Shown here one piece after another: positions 16,001 to 31,000 of a stretch of 64,000 nt of DNA. Where the stretch lies: contig NMRA01000074.1 of NCBI GenBank assembly GCA_002633005.1, positions 294,812-358,811 of the forward strand, written 5' to 3'. The position numbers were made by a program, and so were the translations under genes. The notes below the pieces were generated by a model. That model saw only the letters and a list, made by a program, of their open reading frames with translations, did not search any database and was not told the origin of the DNA. Each line of letters starts with the position of its first letter. Within the stretch, counting starts at the first letter, position 1. Source of the stretch: Phoronis australis (lineage: Eukaryota; Animalia; Phoronida).

Positions 16001-19000
16001 AAACCTTCCTTACCCCTTTCAATGCTCTGCGAACAGCTTCAGCGACACGAGTATCTCCAGCATCCACCCAGACATCAAACAGGATGTGCAGCAGGTCTTG
16101 ACGCAGATTGTCAGATGGAAGAGCTTGAAAGAACTCGCGAGTGATCTGAAAACATTGTGCACAAGTTCAATAACCAAATCTGCCAGGAAACAAAGATGGC
16201 CGGTCAACTCCAAACTTTCTGAGTTTAGTACTTAACATCAGTGATGTGTTAGTTCATATTAAAACTTTGGAACTTACAATTTGTCAAGGGTCAAGTTGAG
16301 GTCAATTTCTTGGCATTAAAGCATGGGCAGATTGGGACTACCAGACTATCATGTGCATAAACTCAAATACAAACAATAACAACAAACCATCAATAGTCAT
16401 ACAAATGTAGTGGATTTTGCAGTTTTTTCGAAATAATTTATGTTCGCATGAGTGAATCTGTCTGTTCAACATCTAATTCAATGGTTTAAGTGGAGGAATC
16501 AGTAGTTGTCATAATATGGTTCAAAGTTCATGCCTATTATCACCCAATGCTTCGAGGTGGGGGCAAAATATGAAATACAAAGGACAGACAAAGCTAGCAC
16601 AATGAATATGTCGTCATTTTTTTAAAACCAGCGTTCATCATGTGGTTTCAAGTCAGGAAAATACTTCAGTAGCATCCCTTTCCTAGCACAATCTATCGAA
16701 ATGCTGGTTGCACACTTTGCCAGTGGGTGCCACGTGTATCCAAACCTGTGCTAACATTCCCATTTGTAGGTAGGTACACCCTTTCGTGATGTGGACTCTT
16801 AAGAATGTGCCGCAAGGCTAGCTGCCAACGCGAAAGTTGAATCAGTGCTCTCTAATGGACACATGCATTCACATAGCTAGGTATCCAACACGCATGCGTT
16901 TTGCCAAGCCAAGCCGGTACACTGTTTTATTTAGAATTGTCACCGTTCTCTTTTGATGTGCGACTTGAGAGTGGAGTGCACGCCCAAGTTCCCCCACTTC
17001 ATCCGGTAGGGTACACGCTATATTGGCAGCAACATGTGATTGTCAGAAGACTAATACATATGTCTAGCGTGCAGCCCCAGAAAGAAGGGCTTGACAATTT
17101 CTTTGCGATTTATGATTATTCTGTTGAAAGACGAGTTATGACCGTCATTTGGCATTGACACGATTGTTTTGGTTAGTAACTGCGTTATGAATTCACTCGT
17201 GACTAAAGTCAGTAATGTTTCCGATTGGTGAGCAAATTAATTACTTTTTTACTGTCTCAACCGGTGATCAGCAGGTCAGGCTGTGGTTAGTTTGGAAATA
17301 TACTGTTTTACAAAAGATGATACTAGTCAACGCCCATTGGTCAAGAACATGAGAGGGGTTTCCAATGAGGGCACATAATACAAGGGGCACAAAATGTGTT
17401 GTAACTAGATTGTGGTATTGTGGAATAAACAAAGATATTTAGCACAAAAGTAATTGTCTAAGACTGTTGGTTCATTTTACTCCGACTTTAAGACGTCAAC
17501 ACTATTGTACATGAACAGGTTTCATGAACAAAACACCATAACGTAGATTAGTGGTTAAACACGCCTGTGCAAGGTGGCCTTCAGTAAAAAATTAGAGTTT
17601 TGCACAATCATGATGAAGTGCGTCATTCAGTTGTTTACATCATCAGGCCTGGGTTTTAAAGAAGACTGGTGATGAAAAGGCACTGCGTCACAAATAGGGA
17701 CACTGCTACACAGACGACAAGGAATAGTTTAAACAAGGACACCGAACAGTAGCTTGTTAGTAAAAAAATAATTCAGTCTAGGCTCCGTTCCAAGAAATTG
17801 ACTTTAAAGTTCATGTATGACTTAAGTCTAAGATTTGTCTCAACCTTCGAAATTTGAAACTTCCACATCCAGTAAGATAGCCAAAATAAAGACAAAACTT
17901 AAGCAAAAACTTTAGCCTATCTTAATATCTCCATCTTGAAACAAGTCTTGGGACAAATTTAAGTTTTATCTTAAAATTGACTGAAATTTATTTGCGTTAC
18001 TGAAGTCAGTTTTCATGGAACCAGCCACTGGCCTCTTGTTTTGAGAATCAACGCAGTATTTTTAGTTGTAAATTTTAAGGTTTGGCAGGAGGCTGAACTC
18101 AGAACATCATATCTCAGAAATAACTACTTACACATACTCTATACAAGCTGTTCTCCAAAACTCTGTTAGGAATTGCTGTTTTAATGTCTCACATTTACAA
18201 GAGAGGCTATCAAAAAGGTGACTTCTATATTACATAAAACAAAATGTTTGAGACAACTGTAACGGCTTTTTCAAATTTCATCTCATATAGTTATAAAAAT
18301 GAAATTGTGGTCTTCTGATTTATACCACTGTTTTTCTATGAGTGTATCATTTTTGGTAAACTTTACTAAAATCAGAAGTCATGTGACCCAATCCATGACA
18401 GACTGGCATGAAGTTAAGACAAAATCTTCAGACTTTCCATAACTTTACAGAGCTAGTTTTTGTAGATATTTGACTAAATGCACACGGTTTCTCATTTAAA
18501 ATACTTGTGCAGAGTTCATACTATATTTTTCTTGGTTTCAAAAAGGTTTCAGAGTGAGTGAGGCACAGACCACAACCAATTAAATACCCTATCAGGGATT
18601 ACATTTAGGCTTTATCTAATTTAAAATGCATTAGGGCAGAAAAGCGTAATTTTCCCAAGACAAACTTAGGGCTGTTCCAGCAAAATCTGTGTGGGAGGTG
18701 GGGAAGGCAACTGAAATAAAAATTTATGGGTGGTTGCGTTTGATTTAAATTCAAAATAGCTGGTGGTCGTACCTCAAAAAAATTAAAATTTACAGGTCGT
18801 TGTTGTTTCATTGGGCCATAAATGTTTGATGGTGGGTAATTTTAGTAAATTTTATAAACTATCCGCACAGAATCAAAAACTGAAACAAAAATGCAACTTG
18901 CATAAAGCTCCGACTTTTTCACTCCCTCAGATCTCCTCATCGGCATGCCCATAACACCATTTAACCACAGGTGCTCGAATTTCTCGATGGCTAATAACCA

Positions 19001-22000
19001 TATATAAGAGACGTAAATGTTTTCTTAGTAATGAATGACGTTAGTGGTGATGGAGGAACAGATAAACTCAAGCGCCTGTGCAGTCAACCACAAGAACAAA
19101 AAAAAATTACGGGTGGTTGCATTTCAAACTTATAAAAAATTACAGGTGGTAGGCTGAAGAAATAAATGAAAAATATGGGTGGTGGGTGTGAAAAAAAGGT
19201 GCCTTCCCCCCTCCCATACAGATTTTACTGGAACAGCCCTTACCACCATGAATTCAAAGTAAGTTTACTTTGTTAACACCATGTTTTGTGCAATATCACT
19301 GTGACCATCAAACAAACCAATAAGAGCTTTTGCAGTACTCTGTAACTAACTTAAGCCTTGGAAAACAGAAAGATGTAGGCTCCAAAAACTCCAAAAAAAA
19401 TTATTGTTCAAAGAACTTCTCATTTTTCTTCAATAAGAAATGAATCGTTTTTGGCTCGTCTTAACAACAAAATTCAAGCAATGAACAAACCTGACTTAAT
19501 GTCGTTAGCTGCAGACTTCCCGTCAACCATCCAAGCTGTGAGGAAATCTTTAAGCTTTTAATGAACAGTCGGAATGCCTCAGAAGTCGAGACAAAAATGG
19601 CAGCAGTCTCTGCCGCAAACTTGTGCACTATACACTCAACCACAGTCTGCTGGTCAATGGTTAACACGTTTGATCCAGTGGTCAGTTCTAGTAGCCGGCC
19701 AAGCAGGGGCATTAGCGTTTCCAGAACAGGCTGAAGTGAAATATTTCAATATTTTGAACTGTTCACACCTCAGAGAGAATTTTCAATCATAAAATCCTAT
19801 GGATTAAACATGTTCATCTTCAGGTTTTTTTTACAGGACATTTTTATTATGAGTATTTTTAGTTGAATGCTCTGAATCAAGCCAAGCCAACACTGAAAGA
19901 TACTAAATACATTTATCACCTCCAAACACACGATATGTACGGTCCAATAGTAACCATATGATCTCGGACGATATCCATACCAGCAAACTTCAGGCAGTCA
20001 AACACCAGTACACATACAGCCAACATACCACACTATTCACTAAACACCAGAAGACATACAGCCAACATACCACACTATTCACTAAACACCAGTAGACATA
20101 CAGCCAACATACCACACTATTCACTAAACACCAGTAGACATACAGCCAACATACCACACTATTCACTAAACCCAACTGCCGCAACAGTGAGGCTGTAATG
20201 AAGACAGGCGTGCTGTTGTCAACAGCGACATCTAGCAGACCGTCAAAAGCCTCCAACATGGCTTCATGCTTCTGCTGTTTCTTCAGCTTCTTCTTAGTGT
20301 TAGCCTGCCTCTGACCATCATCCACGTGTCTCCTTGACTTACGGTACATTCCAGCCAGGGCCTGGGGCATGTACCCTGGATCGGCCATCAGCTCTTCTCG
20401 GCAGTGTAAGAGCTTTGCGGCTATTGGCTGGAACCGCCACAGACAACCGGCGACACTACACTTGTCATTGAGAGACTGGAGAAGACCAAGAGATGACTCG
20501 CAGATTGCACGTACAGGGCTGGTGATGGATAGTAGGAGACGGACTGTGACTGTAAAGGAGTTTCGATCTATCGTACAATGTGTTCTGTTACATGAAATCA
20601 ATGCAGCCAATCCGCATCACAGCGTGCCTCGTTTACAGCACTCACTAACATCCCATTCCATAAATAAAAGCTAATTACTGTAGTGTATACAAGTCGATTT
20701 GGGTACCGCAAACTCCGCTTACATTTTCAAAAGATCTCAGAAGTCTTCACTGTAATACGCTTCAACTGTCTGCTACTTTTTCATTCATCACTGATCACAA
20801 TGATTTCATGAGTGAACAATGCAACTGTTTTATTTTCTAAAGCACCTATAATACATATTTCAACATCAGAAATGAAAAAAATAAAGCGAGGCTAGGTGGG
20901 CACATTCCTGACACAACCAGTGCGACAACAGTAAGGACACGCGTATATTTCAATGGCCACTTTCAATTCTCAATTTGTTTTGGTGTTTCGCTTGTTAGAA
21001 TTCAGATTCTTCTGACAAAGGTGGGTTGACACTTCTAGTTGTCCACACCCATGCTGGTTATGGTGGAGTTCGAAATGTGTTTTACATCTCAATTGAACAT
21101 TGAGAATTTTTGAGCCTAGAGAGGCATTGGGCAGTGTCGCTATTAATCCTCTTCCAGTCAGTGCCAGGTCAGTCATAACCTAACAATGTCAAAACCAAAC
21201 AAAACTGATGGCCAACTCAGCTTCTAGCACTCTCAATGGGGATGGGTGAAGGAAAATTGTTGCCACATATAGTAGTAATAAAAAGTCGAAAAAATCACTT
21301 CAGGTGAAAAATAAACAAAACTTCGCAACAGAAAAATTTGCCTATTTTCAATGCTTGAAACTCATTTTTGTCCGTTATGTTCAGCCTTTGTTCTTAAATT
21401 TGACGAAGCAATACAATTTGTCAGTATTTCTATGGGAGCTTTTACAACCTATAAATGACATCAAACTACTGTCAGACTTAATGTCAGAGATACTCCAATA
21501 GATCTCCCAAGCTTTTAACTGTTCCTCAAATCTCACCTGACGTGAGCTTGTCCAAATCTCTTTTGGCAAATTTGAAGGCTTCAGACGAGATTAAATACCC
21601 AGCGATAGCCAGTGCCCTCGCTTGGAGGACAGCAGTTCCCTGCGAGGCACTGCTGCAGTGGTGAGTCCACAGGCTGGACAGAAATTTGAGACAGCAGATA
21701 GCGCTACTGAACTTGTCCTGCAAGGAACGGTGAAAATTAGTCCCAATAAAAATTGGATTTTGTAATATAAATTAAAGAAAATATTATTATTAGTGATCGG
21801 TGTTTGCTGGAATGTATTTCATTTTCTCATGGACAGCAAGGCTTCAATAACAAGAAACTAGACCTACTAATGAAAATTGTTTCCAGAACATTTTCTGTTA
21901 ACCTGTATCTTCCACAAGCATTGGGTTGCTGGCAACCATTACCTTGAGAAAATTCTCTAACAGCTGCCTGTATTTTGACGCCACCTTTTTGTGGTCATGA

Positions 22001-25000
22001 ACACTACCAGAGGTCAAGAGGTCAAACATCTTGATAAGACATGTCACACAGGCGTTGGTGTCATGGTCCCACCAGTCAGAGTCTTGCAAATGAAACATAA
22101 AGCAACATTAATTATAAAAAAGTGCCTACCATTTTACATGGTTAAGAAAACTTCACACGACTACCAGAAATTAGATCACACACTACAGAGATGGAATAAG
22201 TGCTCCATTGTAAAAAATATAAATCAGACATCAATCTAGAATTTTTCAAATTACTTTTGCACAGGGAAGTACTTCATACCTCTCCATTGAAAAATGTCAA
22301 TTTTCCTTGACCTCTTTAAGTTCCTATCCCAGAGCACAGATAACGGAATGTCCCCTTCCTGCCACCTGGTGACCATTGTGTAACATGTTTTGTCTGCTGT
22401 GGTAGGTAAGTTTCTCACCATTGCTCATACATTTACCTCTACAGGTTCAAAGGTCGGCACGCCATGTCAATGGAGTTTCTTTGAACCTCCCAATTTCTAA
22501 GCAAGCAGTTTCTCAGATAATATTACAATGTACTCAATCAAGCAAAAACAACAATACCTTCTAAAAAAATAACTACAATGTAACCAACACAAACTCTCAC
22601 CAGACAAGCTAGCATCTATCTTTAATGCGTCTACTAAGGCATGCATAACACTGGTGACTGTGTGGTAAGACATAGATCCAGTACTGATTATGGTCTGCAC
22701 GCAGGTCATCAATAGGCCATCATCGATGTTGGATGACAGCACACGGTCAGATGTATCACTGCTGCACACCTTGAATCATCACAAGAGAGGTGAAAGATCA
22801 AGTTTTACCTGTAGCAGTTGCATCTACTACTAGTTATAGTATGTAAATATCATCTTTTTCAGTGAGGCATGCAAGTAGTTTATACCGTTCAATCCGCCAT
22901 CTTTTTGATCACATCATGTGACCTAATGTATAAAAGTCTGAAAAGATTTCTGCCCCCGACTGGGACTCGAACCCAGGACCTTCAGGCTAACCGTGCAGAC
23001 GCTCTAGCCACTGAGCCATCGGGACCACTGGTCAGACACAGAAATCTAATCGGACTTAGTAGTGGGCATCTTGCCCATGATCTCCATTGTGTGTGTAAAT
23101 ATCATCTTTTTCAGTGAGGTGTGGAATATGTTTCAAGTAGTTTATCCCGTTCAAGTTATAGTAGTACTAGAAAAACTAGTGCCAGTAGAGCTAGTTCCAC
23201 TAGTAGAACTAATTCTAGTAGTTCTAGTAATATTTAAGTCAAAAACATGGTGTACCAGTAGCAACAGTGGTACTAATAAACGCTGGAGGAACAGATTGCT
23301 TTGAAATCGAACAACGCTCTGTAAGGCTTGTCAAAATCAGATACCGTAATGTGTAACCCTGTGAAAACTCCACACAATTTTTTTTCCAAAAAGGACAAGT
23401 GTTAGCAACGCTTTAGCACAGGAAAATTCAAAATAGTGCAAACAGAAAGTAGCAACCCATACGCCTCCAGCAGAAAGTTTCAACAGTAGAATAAAGTTTT
23501 TATCTCTTTCATTTGAATCTATTCAAGTACCTTACTGACCAGTTATAACTGTAAAATCAATACTGGCAGAAATACACAAAACTGACCAATGCCCTTTTAA
23601 CAAAGATACAGAAGTCTCACTGTCACACACCTTATTTTCTTTAATCAAGTCATTGACAATCTCCATCACTCTAGAGGCTGTAGAGTACCAGGCCTCATTC
23701 ACACCAACCCTTTCCAGCATACTGGCCACAGTCAATAGAACTAGCGACTGATAACGAACATTATCACGTGTATGGCTAACAAGCAGATCAACCTGGTGGA
23801 AGAAAAGAACACTGGGTACAAGAAAAGCACAAGATCAAAATGAGCAATATTTTATGATAAATATATTAAAAAATTCCTCATAACATTTTATTTAGAACAA
23901 AGTGTCTATTCTTTCATCTGTGTGCAATTAATTTGGGAACAAGTTAACAATTTTCAATACAAAATACTTTCACTATTCAAACTATTCTTTGCATTTCCCA
24001 GAGCAAGCCAAACACTAGATACAAAGAATGAAAAACCCACATTATGCAATTCAGCACTCACTGAAAACACAGTTTTGCACTATCACAAGTTGTACATCCA
24101 TCAATTATTTCTTTATAAAACTATTTCGACTCACGATTGTTTCCATCACATTACAAACCATCCAATGATAACCAAGACTGACTTCTTACATATAACGCTC
24201 TGGGGCCTGTTTCAGGAAAAGTGCCTCAAGACTTAAGACCGAAATTTGGTCTCGCGTTCCGACTTCACAATTGCTGAATCAAGTCTTAGCCAACTAATTA
24301 AGAGCACACCAGAGTCTAGAAATAATTTATAGAAATTATACCCCAGTAACTAGAAGAGACTTTGCAGTTTTGCTCAAGTGAGATTTAATTATTTTTCAGA
24401 AGCACTTGTGTGTAGCATCAGACCAAATTCCTGAGTTAAGTCTCAGGTCACTTTTCATGACTGAAACCTCTGGTGACCAACAAAGTATCACAGGTTGACA
24501 ATACTTACAAATTTGATCCTCTCCGTTTCCTTCATCCGCACTAGACCTCTGGCCATGCCTTCCACCACAACAAGGTTCAGCTGGCCAAAATTGACTCTTC
24601 CAGATTTGCCAGGTGCATGCTTCGATTTCCAGGCTACGAAGACAGGTGTAGCTTGCATTTGTCAATAGTTAAAACAATGAGCTAAAAAGGCACGCATTCA
24701 CATATTTCGGAAATGAACAGATCTTTGTTGTTGAGAAAGCACTAAATCAAGCTGCTATGCAAAAAAATGCTAAGTAAGAGTTATATGTATTAACTCAATA
24801 GGGAATTTTGGATCTCACGTTTGATCACGTCCTTCAGCAGCGGGGACCGTGCTGCCATCTGTGAGTCGAGTACAGCCTGAGCCACCACAGTCTCCATAGG
24901 TGATGTGACGAACAGAAGAGCTAGACACTCGAGCAGAACAGTGTCACTTAAATCGGAGGATTGCAGCAGGAACTGTTCGCTGCACATCAACTCGATGGCC

Positions 25001-28000
25001 AACACTTTGCACTTATTCCTGCAAGAGTAATTAGAGCGGCTATGGGCAACATTCCGGCGTTAAGTGGGATTATTACACCTTTAACTAATATGTTTCAAGG
25101 CCACACAACAACAACCACACATACTAGCCACTCCCGGTAGCTAAAGGCACCTCGTTATCAAATCAGTTACACATGCTAACAATTCGCTTACTTGTGAGTT
25201 AAACTGCCATACTTAGGAAACGGAAATCCATCCTACCATGTTGACTTCACATTTTCTGTTCTCCTCTCCAGAATAGACAAAAGATGCTCCAGGATCTCAG
25301 ATGGTGAAATAATGTCGAGAAGTGTCTGTTAAAGAGAATACTGCGTCAGTTGGTCCTAATGTTTTGTCATTCACTATTGGCAGGGGTCAGTAGAATTGTT
25401 AAACTTACCTACCAAATTAGATGCTCACAATAAATTTACGTGAATGAAGCTATTACGTTAGCCCTACACTAACATCACCAATATGACAGACACCATGGAT
25501 GAACAGAAACACAAACTGAACACTAGAAATTTCAAATTTACCAATTGTTTGTGCCATGATGCAGGAAAATGACCATTTTGTCCCAAAAAATGTTTCTTGA
25601 AAGCACGCCTTGTGCACTCGTTTGAAACATAAAAGATTGGTCGGATTAACTATGATCATATGCCAAAATGAAGCATGCATTTTTCCTGGTGCAAAATATT
25701 TTGGCACAGATTAAATGTATAAACACAAATTTTGATGAAAAGACTTGACACTACAGGCTGTTGTAACTTATCCCTAGCAACCTTAACCTCAAAAAGTAGA
25801 GCAAACTGTTCCACAGCAACTTATTCTAGGCCAAATCATTGTGTGAACACAGCAATTTTAGGATGTCATGCATGAACTGCGTCGGCATTCACACGAGTTG
25901 GGTGGAAGCTGATTACTACCCGAATATTCGTTGCGTTGATTACCCGCACTAAAAGACATGAACCTTTTCTGCTCAATATCACGCATGCACAGCAGTCTAC
26001 CTATCAATAACATGCTTTATTATTGGGTATGCAGCCTCACCAGGTGAGTACAGGTAAAGCACTGAGTATTCAGATAGGAAGCCAATTGAACCACAGTGCT
26101 GGAGAAATACAAGCAATAGGTTACCATAGCTGCAGGTTGAAAGTGATCTAGCTTGAAGTCGGTGAATGGCGAGACCAACACTAACTCGTTGTCAAAGATT
26201 CATCATCTTCCCTGAAGATGCTTCAAACATCGTGTTTGAGTTTCCTCCTAACAACGCTTATTTCAATATTTTTTTCCCGTTACTACTAACAGCCAAATAC
26301 TGAGGTCATTACCTGTTTCAACTGGACAACCCTCAGTACAACGTCCTCCACATCATCCCGCAGTCGGTCACAGAGTGCACCCTTGGCGAAACTAGCATCA
26401 TAGTCCTGAAAAGCAATTCCAACAATTAATTAGCCACCTTGTTTTTATTTCAAAGATCTTCCCTCAAACCAGGATACCTGAACTGCCTTCATTTACGTTT
26501 TCCCCAATAATGTGAAGTGAATGACAAGCACAGAAGCAAGGGATTCTTTCTACAACAGCTCAGTCCCAGCAAGGCAATTCATTTTCAAAACTTGAAACAC
26601 AGGGCATTTCATCCAGCTTGGAACATTTAAGCCGATTTACTTTAAGGAGAAATTGTGCATGGCCATGATAAATTTGTTCCTCTCAAGTTTTAGATTTTTT
26701 TATCCAAGAACTACTTGAAAACCATTACATTTCAAATTTAATATCCAAAAGAAAAGATCTTGTCTGTGAGTGAAAACATCATCCGCAACTGAAATTGTTG
26801 ACTGCAGCCAAAATGTCATCTGCAACTCAAAAAATGTCTGCTAAAGAACAAGGACATGGTTATTTCTCCATAACGTTGAAGCAATGGAAAGAACAACTTT
26901 TGAAATGGGACGTAGAACCACTGTAAATGTTCAACAAAAATTCCAAAACATCCTGTGCTCTTAAAAGCTTTGCCATACCTGTTTCTCCACAATCGTCTTA
27001 ACCAGGTGTTCAACAGCAAGACACCTGACTGACACATTGGGGTGATTTAAGCCCAATATTAGACTGGTCTGAGAGTCGGGCAGGATTTCGTGCTTGGCCG
27101 CAGACAAGGTAAGGGAGATAAAGTCATTGAGGCATGACCGTTGAACCTCTGTCGACATATCTTGCGCCGTTTCGGACATGATTTTGTCAAACACGGCAGG
27201 GTATCTGTAATGCACAAAATTAACCTAGGGTGTAGTCACGTAAAATGAATTTCTTTTGGAGAGCTTAACAAAATCTAAATTATTTCCACAGAAATGTGCG
27301 GTACAATTCCACAGACACACGGTATCACAATCTGCAATGATCAATCAATCACTCAATCAATCATCTATCTACAGCGTAACAGATCAAACAAATTAATAAT
27401 TTGCAAATCTTTATACACAATACGTGTCAATAATAATGGAACAAAAGTGTGTTGTCCCATCGAAAAGTGTCATGAATGACCTATAATGATTTGCTGCTCC
27501 AGTTACTCAGACAGCAAATTCCGTTTCCAACCAGCCATTCAGTGAGCAAGCAGATTAGCCCAAGTGGAATTCAACAACGGAAAAGCTGGAATGATCAGTT
27601 ACAACACCACCCAGGATGGGAAAACGTCATTCCATTCCAATTACATTCGTCGCATTCTTTCATTTGACTGGCTGTAACGTGGTACGATAAATTCCAATAC
27701 ACTGCAACGTTGACCAATGCTACTTAGACATCAGCTATTGCTACGCAGCATCTCACCAATTATATGCTATAGAAACCATAAAACCCAACAACGAAGTGAG
27801 CAGACGATGTCAATACATCAAAGCAGATAGGAACAAGCTAATCACATAAGAGATAAAAAAACACAGTAACGAAGCGTCAGTGATTGTATAATGAGACAAA
27901 TGCTGACAGATCAATCAACAATATCAGATCGACCCCAGGAAAACTATGTAGCCCTCCTTCGGTCCTAACGGCTTGATATCACCCTCCAGATTAGTCCATG

Positions 28001-31000
28001 TTGTTGAAGGAGTGGCAGACGACTCTTTACATACCTGCGCTCCAACACACGGACCAGTTCTTTAAAATGCATGTTCAGCTCTGCCACTGCATCGCCATCA
28101 GATGCGTGTTCTCTGCCAGATAGGTATTCCTTTACCACTGACCTTCAAATATAGTCACGGTTGCATGTTAAAACGCAAGGTAACATCAGACATTTTAGTT
28201 CATACCTGATGTCAATCAAAAGCATTGACACTGCAAAGCTTGATTCAGTCAATTTACCCTTTTGTACCAGTCTCAAGCTATACCTTGCAGGGATGTGATT
28301 TTTTGATTACGACCATTTACTAGTCTAAATTTGCTTCTTACTAGTAAGGGTAAAAGGTAGTTTCTGTTCTGGACAAGTACTGTTTGTCATAGCTTGAGAA
28401 CAAGGTCAATAGAGTGGTTTGACAGGTTAGTCAGTTAATGACTTGAAATAGGCTAGTTCAGTGACTGAACATTAGATGGGATAACAGGTGTTACACCCAC
28501 CCTTGAACTAAAAATTGTGTGACAAAATTAAGTTTCAATTGACATTTTTCGACAACATAACGACACGATGAAAAATAACCCAGGGGAAATGGCAGCAGCG
28601 TTCTCCTTTCTTGCACTGATTTTCTTTAGTGGTGTATTTCCCAGCTTTTTATACATCTTTGCAACCATGATTGCCATTGCTGTTCGGTGAGATAAACAAT
28701 TCACACTAATATGTCCAACATTTCAAATGTTTGCGAAAGAATGAAACCATGTTTTGTCCCTGTCCACTCAGCCTATCCTCCACACCGGAACTAGAAACTG
28801 GGTCAACGGAGAGGTNNNNNNNNNNNNNNNNNNNNNNNNNNNNNNNNNNNNNNNNNNNNNNNNNNNNNNNNNNNNNNNNNNNNNNNNNNNNNNNNNNNNN
28901 NNNNNNNNNNNNNNNNNNNNNNNNNNNNNNNNNNNNNNNCGCAGTCGGTCACAGAGTGCACCCTTGGCGAAACTAGCATCATAGTCCTGAAAAGCAATTC
29001 CAACAATTAATTAGCCACCTTGTTTTTATTTCAAAGATCTTCCCTCAAACCAGGATACCTGAACTGCCTTCATTTACGTTTTCCCCAATAATGTGAAGTG
29101 AATGACAAGCACAGAAGCAAGGGATTCTTTCTACAACAGCTCAGTCCCAGCAAGGCAATTCATTTTCAAAACTTGAAACACATGGCATTTCATCCAGCTT
29201 GGAACATTTAAGCCGATTTACTTTAAGGAGAAATTGTGCATGGCCATGATAAATTTGTTCCTCTCCAGTTTTAGATTTTTTATCCAAGAACTACTTGAAA
29301 ACTATTACATTTCAAATTTAATATCCAAAAGAAAAGATCTTGTCTGTGAGTGAAAACATCATCCGCAACTGAAATTGTTGACTGCAGCCAAAGTGTCATC
29401 TGCTACTCAAAAAATGTCTGCTAAAGAACAAGGACATGGTTATTTCTCCATAACGTTGAGGCAATGGAAAGAACAACTTTTGAAATGGGACGTAGAACCA
29501 CTGCAAATGTTCAACAAAAATTCCAAAACATCCTGTGCTCTTAAAAGCTTTGCCATACCTGTTTCTCCACAATCGTCTTAGCCAGGTGTTCAACAGCAAG
29601 ACACCTGACTGACACATTGGGGTGACTTAAGCCCAATATTAGACTGGTCTGAGAGTCGGGCAGGATTTCGTGCTTGGCCGCAGACAAGGTAAGGGAGATA
29701 AAGTCATTGAGGCATGACCGTTGAACCTCTGTCGACATATCTTGTGCCGTTTCGGACATGATTTTGTCAAACACGGCAGGGTATCTGTAATGCACAAAAT
29801 TAACCTAGGGTGTGGTCACGTAAAATGAATTTCTTTTGGAGAGCTTAACAAAATCTAAATTATTTCCACAGAAATGTGCGGTACAATTCCACAGACACAC
29901 TGTATCATAATCTGCAATGATCAATCAATCACTCAATCAATCATCCATCTACAGGGTAACAGATCAAACAAATTAATAATTTGCAAATCTTTACACACAA
30001 TACGTGTCAATGAATGACCTATAATGATTTGCTGCTCCAGTTACTCAGACAGCAAATTCCGTTTCCAATCAGCCATTCAGTGTGCAAGCAGATTAGCCCA
30101 AGTGGAATTCAACAACGGAAAAGCTGGAATGATCAGTTACAACACCACCCAGGATGGGAAAACGTCATTCCATTCCAATTACATTCGTCGCATTCTTTCA
30201 TTTCACTGGCTGTAACGTGGTACGATAAATTCCAATACACTACAACGTTGACCAATGCTGCTTAGACATCAGCTATTGCTACGCGGTATCTCACCAATTA
30301 TATGCTATAGAAACCATAAAACCCAACAACGAAGTGAGCAGACGATGTCAATACATCAAAGCGGATAGGAACAAGCTAATCACATAAGAGATCAAAAAAA
30401 AACACAGTAACGAAGCGTCAGTGATTGTATAATGAGACAAATGCTGACAGATCAATCAAAAATATCAGAGCGACCCCAGGAAAACTATGTAGCCCTCCTT
30501 CGGTCCTAACGGCTTGATATCACCCTCCAGATTAGTCCATGTTGTTGAAGGAGTGGCAGACGACTCTTTACATACCTGCGCTCCAACACACGGACCAATT
30601 CTTTAAAATGCATGTTCAGCTCTGCCACTGCATCGCCATCAGACGCGTGTTCTCTGCCAGATAGGTATTCCTTTACCACTGACCTTCAAATATAGTCATG
30701 ATTGCATTTTAAAACGCAAGGTAACATCAGACATTTTAGTTTATACCTGACGTCAATCAAAAGCACTGACACTGCAAAGCTTGATTCAGTCAATTTACCC
30801 TTTCGTACCAATCTCAAGCTATACCTTGCAGGGATGTGATTTTTTAATCACGACCATTTACCAGTCTAAACTTGCTTCTTACTAGTAAGGGTAAAAGGTA
30901 GTTTCTGTTCTGGACAAGTACTGTTTGTCATAGCTTGAGAACAAGGTCAATAGAGTGGTTTGACAGGTTAGTCACTTAATGACTTGAAATAGGCTAGTTC

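Noticed and set aside
18132-18224. extra HEATR1 exon (SHLFDSL..QQFLTEF, donor gtaagt)
   Set aside because: Exons 19 and 20 already join in phase and are collinear with HEATR1; no suitable in-phase acceptor
22950-23026. functional tRNA gene
   Set aside because: Anticodon stem broken, no U33, and a diverged copy shares non-tRNA flank; tRNA-derived repeat
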